From Thermodesulfobacteriota bacterium (GTDB lineage Bacteria > Desulfobacterota > Desulfobulbia > Desulfobulbales > SURF-16), in NCBI GenBank assembly GCA_040755455.1, contig JBFMAY010000001.1, positions 1 to 64,000 of the forward strand: 64,000 nucleotides of DNA, read 5' to 3'. Positions 39,434 to 49,613 of the stretch are shown piece after piece. The notes beneath the pieces were generated by a model. It was not told the origin of the DNA. It made no database searches and saw only the letters and a program-made list of their open reading frames with translations. Made by a program: the position numbers and the translations under genes. Numbering within the stretch: the first letter of the stretch is position 1; each line of letters starts with the position of its first letter.

Positions 39434-41071
39434 CTACAGTTTCAGGCCTGTATCGCCATGGTACAGCTCGGCCCGCAACCGGGCCACCTCCTCATTGATC
39501 AGGTAATCGTCAAACTGCATCATTCTGTCTATGATCCCCGCCGGGGTGATTTCCACGATCCGGTTGGACACGGTGGCAACGAACTGGTGGTCATGGGAGG
39601 AGAAAAGAACCACCTCGGGGTAGGCGATAAGCCCGTCGTTTAACGCGGTGATCGACTCGAGATCCAGGTGGTTGGTGGGTTCATCCAGGATGAGGGCGTT
39701 GGCGCCGCTGAGCATCATCCTGGCCAGCATGCAGCGAACCCGCTCCCCGCCGGACAGCACATTGGTCTTTTTGAGGGCCTCTTCGCCGGAAAAAAGCATC
39801 TTGCCCAAAAAACCCCTGGCAAAACTCTCCCCTTCGCTGGGCGGTGAGAACTGGCGCAGCCACTCGATGAGATTCATATTGTTGTCGAAGTATGCGCTGT
39901 TCTCCTTGGGGAAATAGGAGGTGCTGATGGTGACGCCCCAGCGGAAGCTGCCGCGGTCAGGCTCCATTTCTCCGGTCAGAATCTGAAACAGGGTTGTCTT
40001 GGCCAGGGTGTTGCCGCCGACAAAGGCGATCTTGTCGCCCTTGTTCACCGTCAGGCTGAAATTGTTTAACACCGGAACGCCCTCAATCTCTTTGCATAAG
40101 CCCTTGATCTCGAGGATGACGTCGCCGCAGGGGCGATCCGCCTTGAAAACGATGAAGGGATACTTGCGGGAAGAAACCGGCATGTCCTCGATGGTGAGCT
40201 TCTCCAGCAGTTTCTTGCGGGAGGTAGCCTGTTTGGCCTTGGAGGCATTGGAGGAAAAACGCTGAATGAATTCCTTCAGCTCATTGGCCTTGGCCGTGAC
40301 CTTTTTGTTCTGGTCCTGCTTCTGCTTCAGGTTGAGCTGGCTCGCCTGGTACCAGAAGTCATAGTTGCCTACATAGACCTGGATCTTGCCGAAATCGATA
40401 TCCGCCACATGGGTGCAAACCTGGTTGAGGAAATGGCGGTCGTGGGAGACGATGATGACCGTATTCTGGAATTTGAAGAGGAAGTCCTCAAGCCAGGCGA
40501 TGGATTTCAGGTCAAGATGGTTGGTTGGTTCGTCCAGCAGCAGAATGTCCGGGTTGCCGAACAGCGCCTGGGCCAGCAGCACCCGCACCTTGTCGCCGCC
40601 TTCAAGCTCCTTCATCTTCTTCTGGCGGAGCTCCTCGCCGATGCCGAGGCCGCTGAGCAGAACTGCTGCTTCCGCTTCCGCCTCATATCCGTTCATCTCA
40701 CCGAATTCGACCTCAAGCTCGCCGGAGCGGATGCCGTCCTCCTCGGAGAATTCCGCTTTGGCGTAAATAGCCTCCCTTTCGGCCATCACTTCAAAAAGCC
40801 GTTTATGGCCCATGATAACGGTGTTGAAGACAGTTTCCTCGTCAAAGGCGAACTGGTCCTGGCTCAGCACGGCGATGCGTTCTCCTGGGTCAACAATGAT
40901 ATCGCCTTTGTCCGGTTCTTTCTGGCCGGCGAGAATCTTGAGAAAGGTGGATTTGCCCGTGCCGTTGGCGCCGATGAGGCCGTAACAGTTGCCAGGGGTG
41001 AACTTGATGTTGACGTCTTTGAAGATGACCCTTTTGCCATAGGAAAGGGCGATGTTTGCAGCTTGAATCAT
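39434..41071 (-). CDS. ABC-F family ATP-binding protein (YbiT/YkpA-like)
   Basis: Two ABC cassettes, GANGTGKST, LDEPTNHLD twice, no TM. Confidence 0.93.
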   Translation of the reverse strand: MIQAANIALSYGKRVIFKDVNIKFTPGNCYGLIGANGTGKSTFLKILAGQKEPDKGDIIVDPGERIAVLSQDQFAFDEETVFNTVIMGHKRLFEVMAEREAIYAKAEFSEEDGIRSGELEVEFGEMNGYEAEAEAAVLLSGLGIGEELRQKKMKELEGGDKVRVLLAQALFGNPDILLLDEPTNHLDLKSIAWLEDFLFKFQNTVIIVSHDRHFLNQVCTHVADIDFGKIQVYVGNYDFWYQASQLNLKQKQDQNKKVTAKANELKEFIQRFSSNASKAKQATSRKKLLEKLTIEDMPVSSRKYPFIVFKADRPCGDVILEIKGLCKEIEGVPVLNNFSLTVNKGDKIAFVGGNTLAKTTLFQILTGEMEPDRGSFRWGVTISTSYFPKENSAYFDNNMNLIEWLRQFSPPSEGESFARGFLGKMLFSGEEALKKTNVLSGGERVRCMLARMMLSGANALILDEPTNHLDLESITALNDGLIAYPEVVLFSSHDHQFVATVSNRIVEITPAGIIDRMMQFDDYLINEEVARLRAELYHGDTGLKL

Positions 41072-41189
41072 GGGGATGAATGTCCTCTGTGCAAATAAAA
41101 AACCACATGGGGTGACCCTTGTGGTTTCAGTGTATCAAAAAAATGGTTAACTTGGTTGCAGCCTTGCATTGCAAGGAAGGACTGCAACC

Positions 41190-41221
41190 AAAAAAAAAGC
41201 CCCGCGGCAAGCGGGGCTTTG
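41190..41221 (-). terminator. Intrinsic terminator of the cold-shock gene
   Basis: A-run followed by GCCCCGC-GGCAA-GCGGGGC-TTT. Confidence 0.88.
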
Positions 41222-41241
41222 CGTACAATAAACTTCAGGTT

Positions 41242-41442
41242 TTACAACTGGCGGACATTCTCGGCCGCAGGACCTTTGGGGCCTTCTACAACGTCGAATT
41301 TGACCCGGGCACCCTCATCAAGGGTTTTGTAGCCTTCTGCCTTGATTGCGGAATGATGAACGAAAACGTCTTTGCCTCCGTCCTGAGCGATAAAGCCGAA
41401 ACCCTTTGCAGCATTAAACCATTTAACTGTACCTTCTGCCAT
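41242..41442 (-). CDS. Cold-shock protein
   Basis: [15 protein letters not shown]...DVFVHHSAI. Confidence 0.97.
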   Translation of the reverse strand: MAEGTVKWFNAAKGFGFIAQDGGKDVFVHHSAIKAEGYKTLDEGARVKFDVVEGPKGPAAENVRQL

Positions 41443-41905
41443 TTTTACTACTCCTTCTGAACTCGTTCCCGTCCGGGAACCTTAAGATAATATTGCCGAA
41501 TTATCGAAGGATAAGACGGCTGGCAGTAAGTTTGTATAAATAAAAAAAACCGCACTAGCTCTGACAGAGATTGCGCGGTTCACTTTTTCGTAATTTTATA
41601 ACTACAAACAGATACTGCACAAGAATAATTAATTTATAACATATCAATTGATGGAAAGCAAACAATATTTTTTCTTGCAAGGGAATATAATGCAATGGAA
41701 AGATGAAAAAATAGGGAGCCATGGAGCGCCGCATCTGTTTTCGGCCGCCGCTGGGCATGAGTAAAGTCCCATTGGCCCCGGTATGACCGCGGTGATTGTT
41801 GCCCGGATGAGGCGCATTTCCCGCACATGGTTTCCTTGGCGCCCAGCGGCAGGGGGGGCGAAAAATTCCCTTGCCAATAGATGCGGGGCGGGTATCTTGT
41901 GGCCC

Positions 41906-42871
41906 ATGAGAGACAAAGTAAATAACGCAGACAGGGGCAGGAACCTGCCGTTGTGGGCCGTGCACAGCCTGATGCTGGTGGCCTCGATCATCGTGGCAAG
42001 CTCGTTTCCCGTGGGAGCGGCGATCACCCGCGGCCTTGATCCGGCCGTGCTCATCCTCGTCCGCTATGTGCTGGCCGTTCTTTTTTTCGCCCCGGTTCTC
42101 ATCCTGCGTCACGGGTTTACCCTGCCACCGCTGCGGCAGCTCTGCGGGTACAGCGCCGTCAGCGCCGCCACGGTCGGCTTTTTCTGGTGCATGTTTGAAT
42201 CACTGCGTTACACCAGTGCCTTGAATACCAGTGTCATCTTCACCCTGGTGCCCGGCATCTCGGGCCTTTACAGCGCCGTCTTTCTCAAGGAGAGACTGGG
42301 GCGGCCCCGTCTCATCGCCCTTTTTTTAGGGATGATCGGGGCCGTGTGGGTCATTTTCCGCGGCGATATCCACCGCCTGGTCGCCCTTGAAATAAATTAC
42401 GGAGACAGTATCTTTCTGGCCGGCTGTTTCATGATGGCTGCCTATACTCCGCTGGTCAAACGGATCCACCGCCAGGAATCCATGGTGGTCATGACCTTCT
42501 GGGTGCTGGCCACCGGGGTGGGGTGGCTGCTTGTTCTTTCCCTGCCGCATCTGGCCGCGGTCAATTGGCAGGGGGTGGCGACGGGGGTCTGGGTCGGCAT
42601 CATCTACCTGGCCGTCTTTTCCACCATCGTCACCTTCTACCTGACCCACATCTCCACCCTCTATCTGGGGCCGACCAGGGTGATGGCCTACAGCTATTTT
42701 TATCCGGCCTTTGTTTTGCTGATCGACTGGGGCCTCGGCCATGGTCTGCCACCGGCCATGATTCTGCCCGGGGTGATGGTGGTCACCCTGGCCACAGTGG
42801 TCCTGCAACGGGGGGCGGCGGAGAATGCCTCGACCGGCCAGGAGGAATGGCAGGATTTGGCAAAGAGATGA
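41906..42871 (+). CDS. DMT/EamA family transporter
   Basis: About 10 TM segments; SLRYTSALN, FLKERL. Start uncertain. Confidence 0.88.
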   Translation: MRDKVNNADRGRNLPLWAVHSLMLVASIIVASSFPVGAAITRGLDPAVLILVRYVLAVLFFAPVLILRHGFTLPPLRQLCGYSAVSAATVGFFWCMFESLRYTSALNTSVIFTLVPGISGLYSAVFLKERLGRPRLIALFLGMIGAVWVIFRGDIHRLVALEINYGDSIFLAGCFMMAAYTPLVKRIHRQESMVVMTFWVLATGVGWLLVLSLPHLAAVNWQGVATGVWVGIIYLAVFSTIVTFYLTHISTLYLGPTRVMAYSYFYPAFVLLIDWGLGHGLPPAMILPGVMVVTLATVVLQRGAAENASTGQEEWQDLAKR

Positions 42872-43938
42872 AAGCGAAAACCGATCTGCGGGATCTGACA
42901 TACAGCCGGCTGGCTGAGTACATGGAGGGGCTTGGCCTGCCTTCTTCCCGGGCCCGCTTTGTCTTTGCCTGGCTGCAGCGGCCTGGTACAAAAGATTTTT
43001 CCCACATGGTTGACGTCAGCAGGGAGATCTGCGCCACTCTTGCCGAGCATGCCGTGATCAGTAGCCTGGTCCCCGCCGCGGTGGAACAGTCCCGGGATGG
43101 CACGGTGAAATTCGCCTTTGAGCTGAACGACGGCGCGGTGGTGGAGAGTGTGCTCATTCCGGAAAAGGTCCGGCACACCTTGTGCGTTTCCTCCCAGGCA
43201 GGATGCGCCATGGGATGCCGGTTCTGTCTCACGGGTTCCATGGGTTTCCGCCGCAACCTGCGGCCAGGGGAAATCGTCGGCCAGGTGATTGCCGTGATGG
43301 AATATATGATGGGTGCCGGCGTGGTCCGGACCACCCCCAGGGAGCTGATCAATAATCTGGTGTTCATGGGCATGGGTGAACCGCTGGCCAATTATGACAA
43401 CCTCCTTGCCGCGCTCCGCATCCTCATGGACGAACGCGGCCTTGAATTCACCGAGCGGCGCATCACGGTATCCACCTGCGGCATAGCGCCGCGCATCAGG
43501 GACTTGGGCCGGGATATCCGGGTCAATCTCGCCGTCTCGCTGCATGCCGCCGATGATGAGACGCGCAGCCGCATTATGCCGGTCAACAAGGCCTACGGCA
43601 TGGATGAGCTGCTCGCGGCCTGCCGCACTTTTCCGCTGCCCGGCAAAAAGGTCATCCTGTTTGAGTATATTCTCATCAAGGGGATCAACGATGCAGAAGG
43701 TGACGCGCGCATGCTTGCCGAAAAGCTGCACGGCATCCCCTGCCGGATCAACCTGCTGCCGTTCAACGAGTCGCAGTCCCTTGTTTACCAGTGTCCGGAC
43801 GAGCAGCACATCCTGCGGTTCCAGAAGATTCTCCGCGATGCCGGCTACCGCACATTTATCAGGAGCAGCCGCGGTGCCGATATTTCCGCCGCCTGCGGCC
43901 AGCTCGCCTCATCAGGAAAAAGAGATGAACAGACATGA
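42868..43938 (+). CDS. rlmN: 23S rRNA A2503 / tRNA C2 methyltransferase
   Basis: CVSSQAGCAMGCRFC, VFMGMGEPL, LAVSLHA, RGADISAACGQL; ATGA overlap with the upstream gene. Confidence 0.95.
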   Translation: MKAKTDLRDLTYSRLAEYMEGLGLPSSRARFVFAWLQRPGTKDFSHMVDVSREICATLAEHAVISSLVPAAVEQSRDGTVKFAFELNDGAVVESVLIPEKVRHTLCVSSQAGCAMGCRFCLTGSMGFRRNLRPGEIVGQVIAVMEYMMGAGVVRTTPRELINNLVFMGMGEPLANYDNLLAALRILMDERGLEFTERRITVSTCGIAPRIRDLGRDIRVNLAVSLHAADDETRSRIMPVNKAYGMDELLAACRTFPLPGKKVILFEYILIKGINDAEGDARMLAEKLHGIPCRINLLPFNESQSLVYQCPDEQHILRFQKILRDAGYRTFIRSSRGADISAACGQLASSGKRDEQT

Positions 43939-44935
43939 GAAGCCGAAAAGGCAGACCGTATTCCACAACCTGCCCCCCGATGCGGTCATCACCCTGGTGG
44001 AGAAGGCACTTGGCGTGCACTGCACCAATCTCTGCCGGCCATTAAACAGCTATATCAACCGGGTCTATGAACTGCAGGCAGAGGACGGCGCCGGTCTCAT
44101 CGTCAAATTCTACCGGCCGGGAAGATGGTCACAGGCTGCCCTGCAGGATGAGCATGATTTCCTGCTGGAGCTGCATGGGGAGGAGATCCCGGTGGTGGCG
44201 CCGTTGCCCCTGTCCAATGGCCAGACCCTGGGCAGCCACGGCAATATGTATTTTGTCCTGTTCCCGAAAAAAGGTGGACGAAGCTATGATGAATATAACG
44301 ATGAGCAGTGGCAGGAGCTGGGGCGGCTGCTGGGCCGCACTCATATGGTGGGGGAGCGGCATCGGCCCAGGGACAGGATCATCATGGCCCCGGATAGATC
44401 AACCAGCGCGCAGCTTGCCTATATCCTGGCCGGTAATTTCATGCCCCCTGATCTGGCCGGCCGCTTTAAGGATTTAGCCGGCGAAATTATCGAAGAGATC
44501 AAACCGCGCTTTGCCGGCCTGGATATGATCCGCATCCATGGCGACTGCCACTTTGCCAACCTCATTTACCGGCCGGGCGAGTCCTTTCATATCGTCGATT
44601 TCGATGACATGGCGGTGGGGCCGCCGGTACAGGATTTCTGGATGCTGCTGCCCGGCCACATGCAGGAGTCCCTGGCGGAAATTGAGATTTTTCTTGAAGG
44701 CTACGAGACCTTCCGTCATTTTGACCGGCGGACCCTCTCCCTCATCGAGCCGCTCCGGGCCATGCGTTACATCCATTACCTGGCCTGGTGCGCCCACCAG
44801 GTTGCCGAGGACGGCTTTTCTCATGTGGCCCCTGATTTCAGCACGCCCCATTACTGGCAGCGGGAAATCAATGATCTGGTCGAGCAGCTTGACCGCATCA
44901 GATCAGCCCCGGCGCAGTTCGGTAATTTCTTGTGA
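43925..44935 (+). CDS. srkA: Stress response Ser/Thr kinase (SrkA/RdoA family)
   Basis: LNSYINRVY, VKFYRPGRWS, IHGDCHFAN, VDFDD, GPPVQDFWMLL, IEPLRAMR. Confidence 0.88.
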   Translation: MNRHEKPKRQTVFHNLPPDAVITLVEKALGVHCTNLCRPLNSYINRVYELQAEDGAGLIVKFYRPGRWSQAALQDEHDFLLELHGEEIPVVAPLPLSNGQTLGSHGNMYFVLFPKKGGRSYDEYNDEQWQELGRLLGRTHMVGERHRPRDRIIMAPDRSTSAQLAYILAGNFMPPDLAGRFKDLAGEIIEEIKPRFAGLDMIRIHGDCHFANLIYRPGESFHIVDFDDMAVGPPVQDFWMLLPGHMQESLAEIEIFLEGYETFRHFDRRTLSLIEPLRAMRYIHYLAWCAHQVAEDGFSHVAPDFSTPHYWQREINDLVEQLDRIRSAPAQFGNFL

Positions 44936-46836
44936 AAGACCGGGCTGCTGCTATGACGCCGTTGCCGCTTCGTCGAATTCCTGCTTCGTTTGCCCCGGCC
45001 GGGCTGCGATGGAACATGGCCGTCTGGCTGACGGCCCTGCTGCTGGTGCTGCAGAGCCTCGCCGCTCAGGCTGCTGAGATACCGCTCAAGGCGGAAGAGG
45101 CCTTTAGGTTTGATGCGATGGTCAAGGACGGCACCATCCAGGCCAGCTGGACGGCGGCGGATGATTACTTTATGTACCGCGACACCATCTCCTTTGCTTC
45201 CGGCACGCCGGGGGTGGAGCTCGGGGCGCCCGTGTATCCGTCTGGCCAGCTCAAGCATGGCCTGAAGCCCGACGGGTCCGAGGGGGAAGTGGAAACCTAC
45301 AGCCGCACGGTTACGATCACGGTGCCTATTACCAGGGGTGCAGCCGGCGCATTCACGCTCATCGCCCATGGCCAGGGATGCGCCGAAAAACTGGGTCTCT
45401 GCTATCCGCCGCAGACCCGGGAAAAGGTGCTGACCCTGGCTCCGACCGTTGCGGCGGCGGAGGTTGAAGAAGACAGCTCTGCGGCAACAGCAGGCGGGCA
45501 AGAATCTGCGGCATTATGGGAAACCCTCGGCAGTCTGCTCCTGGCCTTCCTGTCCGGTCTCGGTCTGGCCGCCACGCCGTGCGTGCTGCCCATGCTGCCC
45601 ATCATCTCCGCCATCATTGCCGGCCAGGGCAAAAATCTGACCAGATCGCGGGGCGGTATCCTGGCAGCGGTTTATGTGCTGGGCACGGCGGTGGTCTGGT
45701 CAGCGGCCGGAGTGCTGGCAGGCTCAACGGGGAAACAGCTGCAGGCCTATACCTCGCATCCTTACTTCCTGCTGCCCGCGGCCGTGGTCCTGCTCCTGCT
45801 GTCACTGGCCATGTTCGGGGTCTATGATCTGCAGATTCCGGCCGTTCTGCAGTCCCGGGCCCAGGTCAAAGCCAGCGGCCTGCGCGGCGGGACCTTTGCC
45901 GGGGTGTTCATGATGGGGATGCTGTCCTCGGTCATTGCCGGCGCCTGCGTCTCGCCGATCCTGATTCTCAATCTGGGTGCCGCGCTGGACAGCCAGGACC
46001 CGCTTCTCGGCGGGGCCATCATGCTGCTCATGGCCCTGGGACTGGGGGTGCCCATCATCCTGCTGGGTATCGGCGGGGGATGGTTGCTGCCCAGGGCCGG
46101 GGCCTGGATGAATACGGTGAAGCATGCCTTCGGCCTTGCCATGATCGCTCTCGCCCTGACCATTGTCACCTCGATCCCCTGGCTGCCGGTGCTGTATCTG
46201 TGGGCGCCGTTTCTCGTCATCACCGGGGGGTACCTGGCGGCGCCTCGATCCATGGCGGCCGGGGCTGGCGGCTGGCGGTACCTGGGGAAGGGGGGCGGCA
46301 TTCTGCTGATCATCTGGGGCGTCGTGGCCCTGGTCGGTGCCGGGCAGGGTAACCGGGAGATCCTGCGGCCGGTGCGGTTGAACTTCGGGTCGATCATCGT
46401 GGGCGGCGCTGGGGTGAATCGTGAATCTGCTGCGCCGCTGTTTGAGCGGGTCAATGATCTCGAAGAGATGACGGCAAGGTTTGACCAGGCCAGGGCGATG
46501 GGCAAGCCGGTGTTTCTTGATTACTATGCGCGGTGGTGTACGGATTGCAACATCATGGAGAAAAATGTTTTCAGTGACAGCGAGGTCAGGCAATATCTCA
46601 AGTCCAGCTTTGTGGTCATCCAGGCTGACTTGACGAATCAGTATGACGAACGCACCCAGCCTCTCAAGGACAGGTTCGGCGTCTTCGGGCCACCGGTCAT
46701 GCTGTTTTTTGATAAAGACGGCAGACTGGTGAAAAAGGTGTATGGCGTCCTGTCAAAGAGTGAATTCATCGAAATGGCCAGAGCCGTTGCCGGAAAAAAC
46801 GGCCCTGCGCCTCCGGCGGCACCGGAGCGCCGATGA
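44932..46836 (+). CDS. dsbD: Thiol:disulfide interchange protein
   Basis: QGCAEKLGLCYPP, TPCVLPMLP, GACVSP, LPRAGAWM, YARWCTDC. Confidence 0.93.
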   Translation: MKDRAAAMTPLPLRRIPASFAPAGLRWNMAVWLTALLLVLQSLAAQAAEIPLKAEEAFRFDAMVKDGTIQASWTAADDYFMYRDTISFASGTPGVELGAPVYPSGQLKHGLKPDGSEGEVETYSRTVTITVPITRGAAGAFTLIAHGQGCAEKLGLCYPPQTREKVLTLAPTVAAAEVEEDSSAATAGGQESAALWETLGSLLLAFLSGLGLAATPCVLPMLPIISAIIAGQGKNLTRSRGGILAAVYVLGTAVVWSAAGVLAGSTGKQLQAYTSHPYFLLPAAVVLLLLSLAMFGVYDLQIPAVLQSRAQVKASGLRGGTFAGVFMMGMLSSVIAGACVSPILILNLGAALDSQDPLLGGAIMLLMALGLGVPIILLGIGGGWLLPRAGAWMNTVKHAFGLAMIALALTIVTSIPWLPVLYLWAPFLVITGGYLAAPRSMAAGAGGWRYLGKGGGILLIIWGVVALVGAGQGNREILRPVRLNFGSIIVGGAGVNRESAAPLFERVNDLEEMTARFDQARAMGKPVFLDYYARWCTDCNIMEKNVFSDSEVRQYLKSSFVVIQADLTNQYDERTQPLKDRFGVFGPPVMLFFDKDGRLVKKVYGVLSKSEFIEMARAVAGKNGPAPPAAPERR

Positions 46837-46858
46837 GGCTGCTCCACGTCCCAGGCCG

Positions 46859-47221
46859 CTACCAGAGGACGATTACCTTTCTGCCGCGCACCATGGCAGC
46901 GCGCACCTTCTCCATGTGCCGCAGGGCTGCTATCTCCCTTTCCATGTCACCGGTTCGCACCGACAATCGTTGGGCCAGTTCGGCAAGGGTCAGGCCCGCA
47001 TTGTCTTTGAGCAGGTCCAGAATTTTTTCCTGCAGCCCGCCGGATTGCATGGTCTCGCCCCTTGATTTGGCGATGGAGGCGCTGCGTACCGCCCATGGAT
47101 CGCATGTCTTGGCCGGAGAGAGATGATCCATGTAACAGTCCTCGCAGAGCACCCGGCCATGCAGGTATCGCTCTTCCCCCTCATCAATGTCAGCCCGGCA
47201 GTTTTCCCTGTCACACTTCAT
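46859..47221 (-). CDS. Hypothetical protein with Cys motif and C-terminal HTH-like segment
   Basis: CDRENC...LCEDC...CDPWAV; LTLAELAQRL. Confidence 0.7.
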   Translation of the reverse strand: MKCDRENCRADIDEGEERYLHGRVLCEDCYMDHLSPAKTCDPWAVRSASIAKSRGETMQSGGLQEKILDLLKDNAGLTLAELAQRLSVRTGDMEREIAALRHMEKVRAAMVRGRKVIVLW

Positions 47222-47889
47222 CCTGTTCCCCCCCTGTTGCGTTCAGCCTTTGCGGCGGTGAGGAGAAATACCGGATAGTCACGCACCTGGCCCTGGGCAT
47301 TCGCCTTGGTGATCACATGAACCCTGGCTATGCTGACCTGGGCGAATCCGCAGGCGGTTGCCAGTTTGGCCAGCTGTCGGGGATCAAAGCCGAGATGTTC
47401 CACGCCTGCCATGTCTCCGTGGAAGGTGCCGTCCTCTTTTTCAAGGTCGGCCATGGCCAGAAAGCCGTCAGGTGTCAGCAGTTGCCGGCATTGTTGTAAA
47501 ACAGCGGCATTATCCTTGATGTGATGCAGGGTCATGCTGCTGTAAATCAGGTTGAAACTCCGGCCGGCAAGCAAATGATCATCTTTGCTCAGATCAACCT
47601 GCAGCGTCTCGATGTTGGCTAACGACTGGCCGTTGATCTTTTCCTGCAGGACCTGGAGCATGCCTCTCGAGGTGTCGGTGGCGACAATACTTTGCAGATG
47701 CGGGGCAAGTTCCGTGGTGATGAGGCCGGTGCCGCAGCCGATTTCCAGGGCGCACATGTCACCGGTGAGTGGAACCGCATTCCTGATGGCTGCTGCGACG
47801 CTTTTGGCGAGCTTAAGGCGCTGGCAGTTCTTGTCCCAATCCGCAGCGGCCTGGTCAAATATTTCCCTTGTCATGGTTTCTCCCGTCAA
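47218..47889 (-). CDS. Class I SAM-dependent methyltransferase
   Basis: ALEIGCGTG, DTSRGML, SSMTLHHI, ADLEKEDGTFH. Confidence 0.9.
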   Translation of the reverse strand: MTGETMTREIFDQAAADWDKNCQRLKLAKSVAAAIRNAVPLTGDMCALEIGCGTGLITTELAPHLQSIVATDTSRGMLQVLQEKINGQSLANIETLQVDLSKDDHLLAGRSFNLIYSSMTLHHIKDNAAVLQQCRQLLTPDGFLAMADLEKEDGTFHGDMAGVEHLGFDPRQLAKLATACGFAQVSIARVHVITKANAQGQVRDYPVFLLTAAKAERNRGGTG

Positions 47890-48252
47890 TCCATTGGTTC
47901 TGCCGGGTTGCGGTTATTTTTCCTGTCGGCCATGATGGGCAGCGCCATTGCGGTGAAAAAAAATCTCCGCCGGCTGCGGCCGACTGTTGAAAATTTTCAT
48001 ATCTTTTACTGCTGCCCGGCGGGATTTGCAAATGGTCTTTTTATTTTCCGGCCTATCATTCAGGCTGTTTGGGTCATGGTCATCGTGATAAGCTGCGCAG
48101 GGGAAAAGAGTTGCCCGGCTCATCTAAACAGTTGACTTTCTGGGTTGATGCCTTAATGTACGGTAAATGGAGCCCGATGATGCCACGACAGCAGGCCTCA
48201 TCGGGATTTTTTTCGTAAATGGATGTCCAGTACATCCTTCAGGAGGTAATTT

Positions 48253-48798
48253 GTGAATATTGCAGATAAATTATATGTGGCGATTGATTACAGGCTGACA
48301 CTGGATTCAGGTGAGGAAATTGACAAATCCACGGCCGGCGAGCCCCTTGGTTTTATTACCGGATCAGGGCAGATTATTCCTGGCCTGGAAAATGCCCTGA
48401 TGGGTATGAAGGTCGGTGACAGCTCCCGCATCGTGGTGGAGGCGGAAGATGCCTACGGTGCAATCAGTGAGGATCTGTTCCAGGACATCCCCATGGAGCA
48501 ATTTCCTGATGGGGTCAAGGTTGAGCCCGGCATGACCTTTGAGGCTCATGGCCCCCATGGTCCGGTCATGATCAGTGTGGCCAGGGTGAATGCCATTGAT
48601 GATACCGTGACCGTCGATCTCAATCATCCTCTGGCCGGCAAACGACTCTGTTTTGATGTGAATGTGGTCGAAGTGCGGGAACCCAGTGCGGAGGAGCTGT
48701 CTGAACTGGCCGCCGACTGCGGCTGCGGCTGCGGTTCCCAGAGCGGGGGCAGCTGCGAACCCGCCGGCGGTTGCGGGTCGGGTTGTAATTGCTGCTGA
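48253..48798 (+). CDS. slyD: FKBP-type peptidyl-prolyl isomerase, SlyD-like
   Basis: GQIIPGLENAL, DAYG, VDLNHPLAGK; Cys/Gly-rich tail. Confidence 0.88.
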   Translation: MNIADKLYVAIDYRLTLDSGEEIDKSTAGEPLGFITGSGQIIPGLENALMGMKVGDSSRIVVEAEDAYGAISEDLFQDIPMEQFPDGVKVEPGMTFEAHGPHGPVMISVARVNAIDDTVTVDLNHPLAGKRLCFDVNVVEVREPSAEELSELAADCGCGCGSQSGGSCEPAGGCGSGCNCC

Positions 48799-48861
48799 TT
48801 AAGCGCAGTCTCTATTCCTCCCCCGTGTGCTGCAGGCAACCCCTGCCCAGGTTGCGGCGGT

Positions 48862-48893
48862 GACAGACGGACTGGGTGCCCAGTCCGTCTGTC
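48862..48893. terminator. Perfect 15-bp hairpin after slyD (probable terminator)
   Basis: GACAGACGGACTGGG-TG-CCCAGTCCGTCTGTC; weak U tract. Confidence 0.55.
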
Positions 48894-49212
48894 CGTTTCG
48901 TCGTCGGCAATGACGAGCCGGTTGCGCCCCACCTGTCGTCGTCGTATGGCAACGGGGGTGGCGTTCCTGTTTGTGCCCGAGTATCGTCCTCCCACAATTT
49001 TCCTCTCTTTTCTTTCGTATGATATCCGGAAACGTGGAAAAATGTTCCACAAAATTGGATTTGCTTCCGGCATTCTGAAAAATATCCTGGGTAAAAAGCT
49101 TTCATGATCTCTTGCCAGGGAGTGGAGTATATTCCCCAAAAGGAGTACATTCTGCTCAATGACAAGCCGGTCAAGGATGAACGGCTATCCCGTATTTTAC
49201 CGTTTATCCTTC

Positions 49213-49228
49213 TGGCAGGATTATTGCT
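49213..49228 (+). promoter_or_regulatory. Sigma54-type -24/-12 promoter
   Basis: TGGCAG-GATTA-TTGCT (GG-N10-GC); palindrome GTGGAA-AATG-TTCCAC at 49035-50 and related GTGGAGTATATTCCCC at 49122-37 upstream. Confidence 0.7.
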
Positions 49229-49613
49229 AGGAAGAAGTGGTAATTTGCCGCGAGCATTGCGTAACAGACCGTCACAGTTTTCTTTTCCGGAGAAAGGCAT
49301 AAAAGGGAGGTGATCCGCGAGGAATGAACGGAAAGGTGCTGCGCAACGGGATTCATGGCGGTTGCGGATTTTTAAACCGGGAGGGGTAAAAAATCCGCCT
49401 TGGTAAATAACCGTTTCCTTTTTTCTGCTGGAGGGGATTCTGTAGTCGTGGTGCGACAATTTGCCGCATGCTCAACGCCTTGACAGCAAGAGGAAAAGGC
49501 TGTTTAAGTCATTTTCGAGGGAAATGACAAATTGTCGCAGGAGAGCAACATTATGCCCTCCGGGCGGAGAAATTGTTGTTGAGAAAAATGAAATGAGGAA
49601 ATGAGGGAAAAAC

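Noticed and set aside
42523..43924. Long N-terminal extensions of rlmN and srkA in the ORF track
   Set aside because: They overlap upstream genes; starts at 42868 and 43925 give family-typical lengths.
44932..48798. dsbD and slyD as part of the nanowire locus
   Set aside because: Functionally plausible, but separated by opposite-strand genes, a hairpin and an 800-bp intergenic region.
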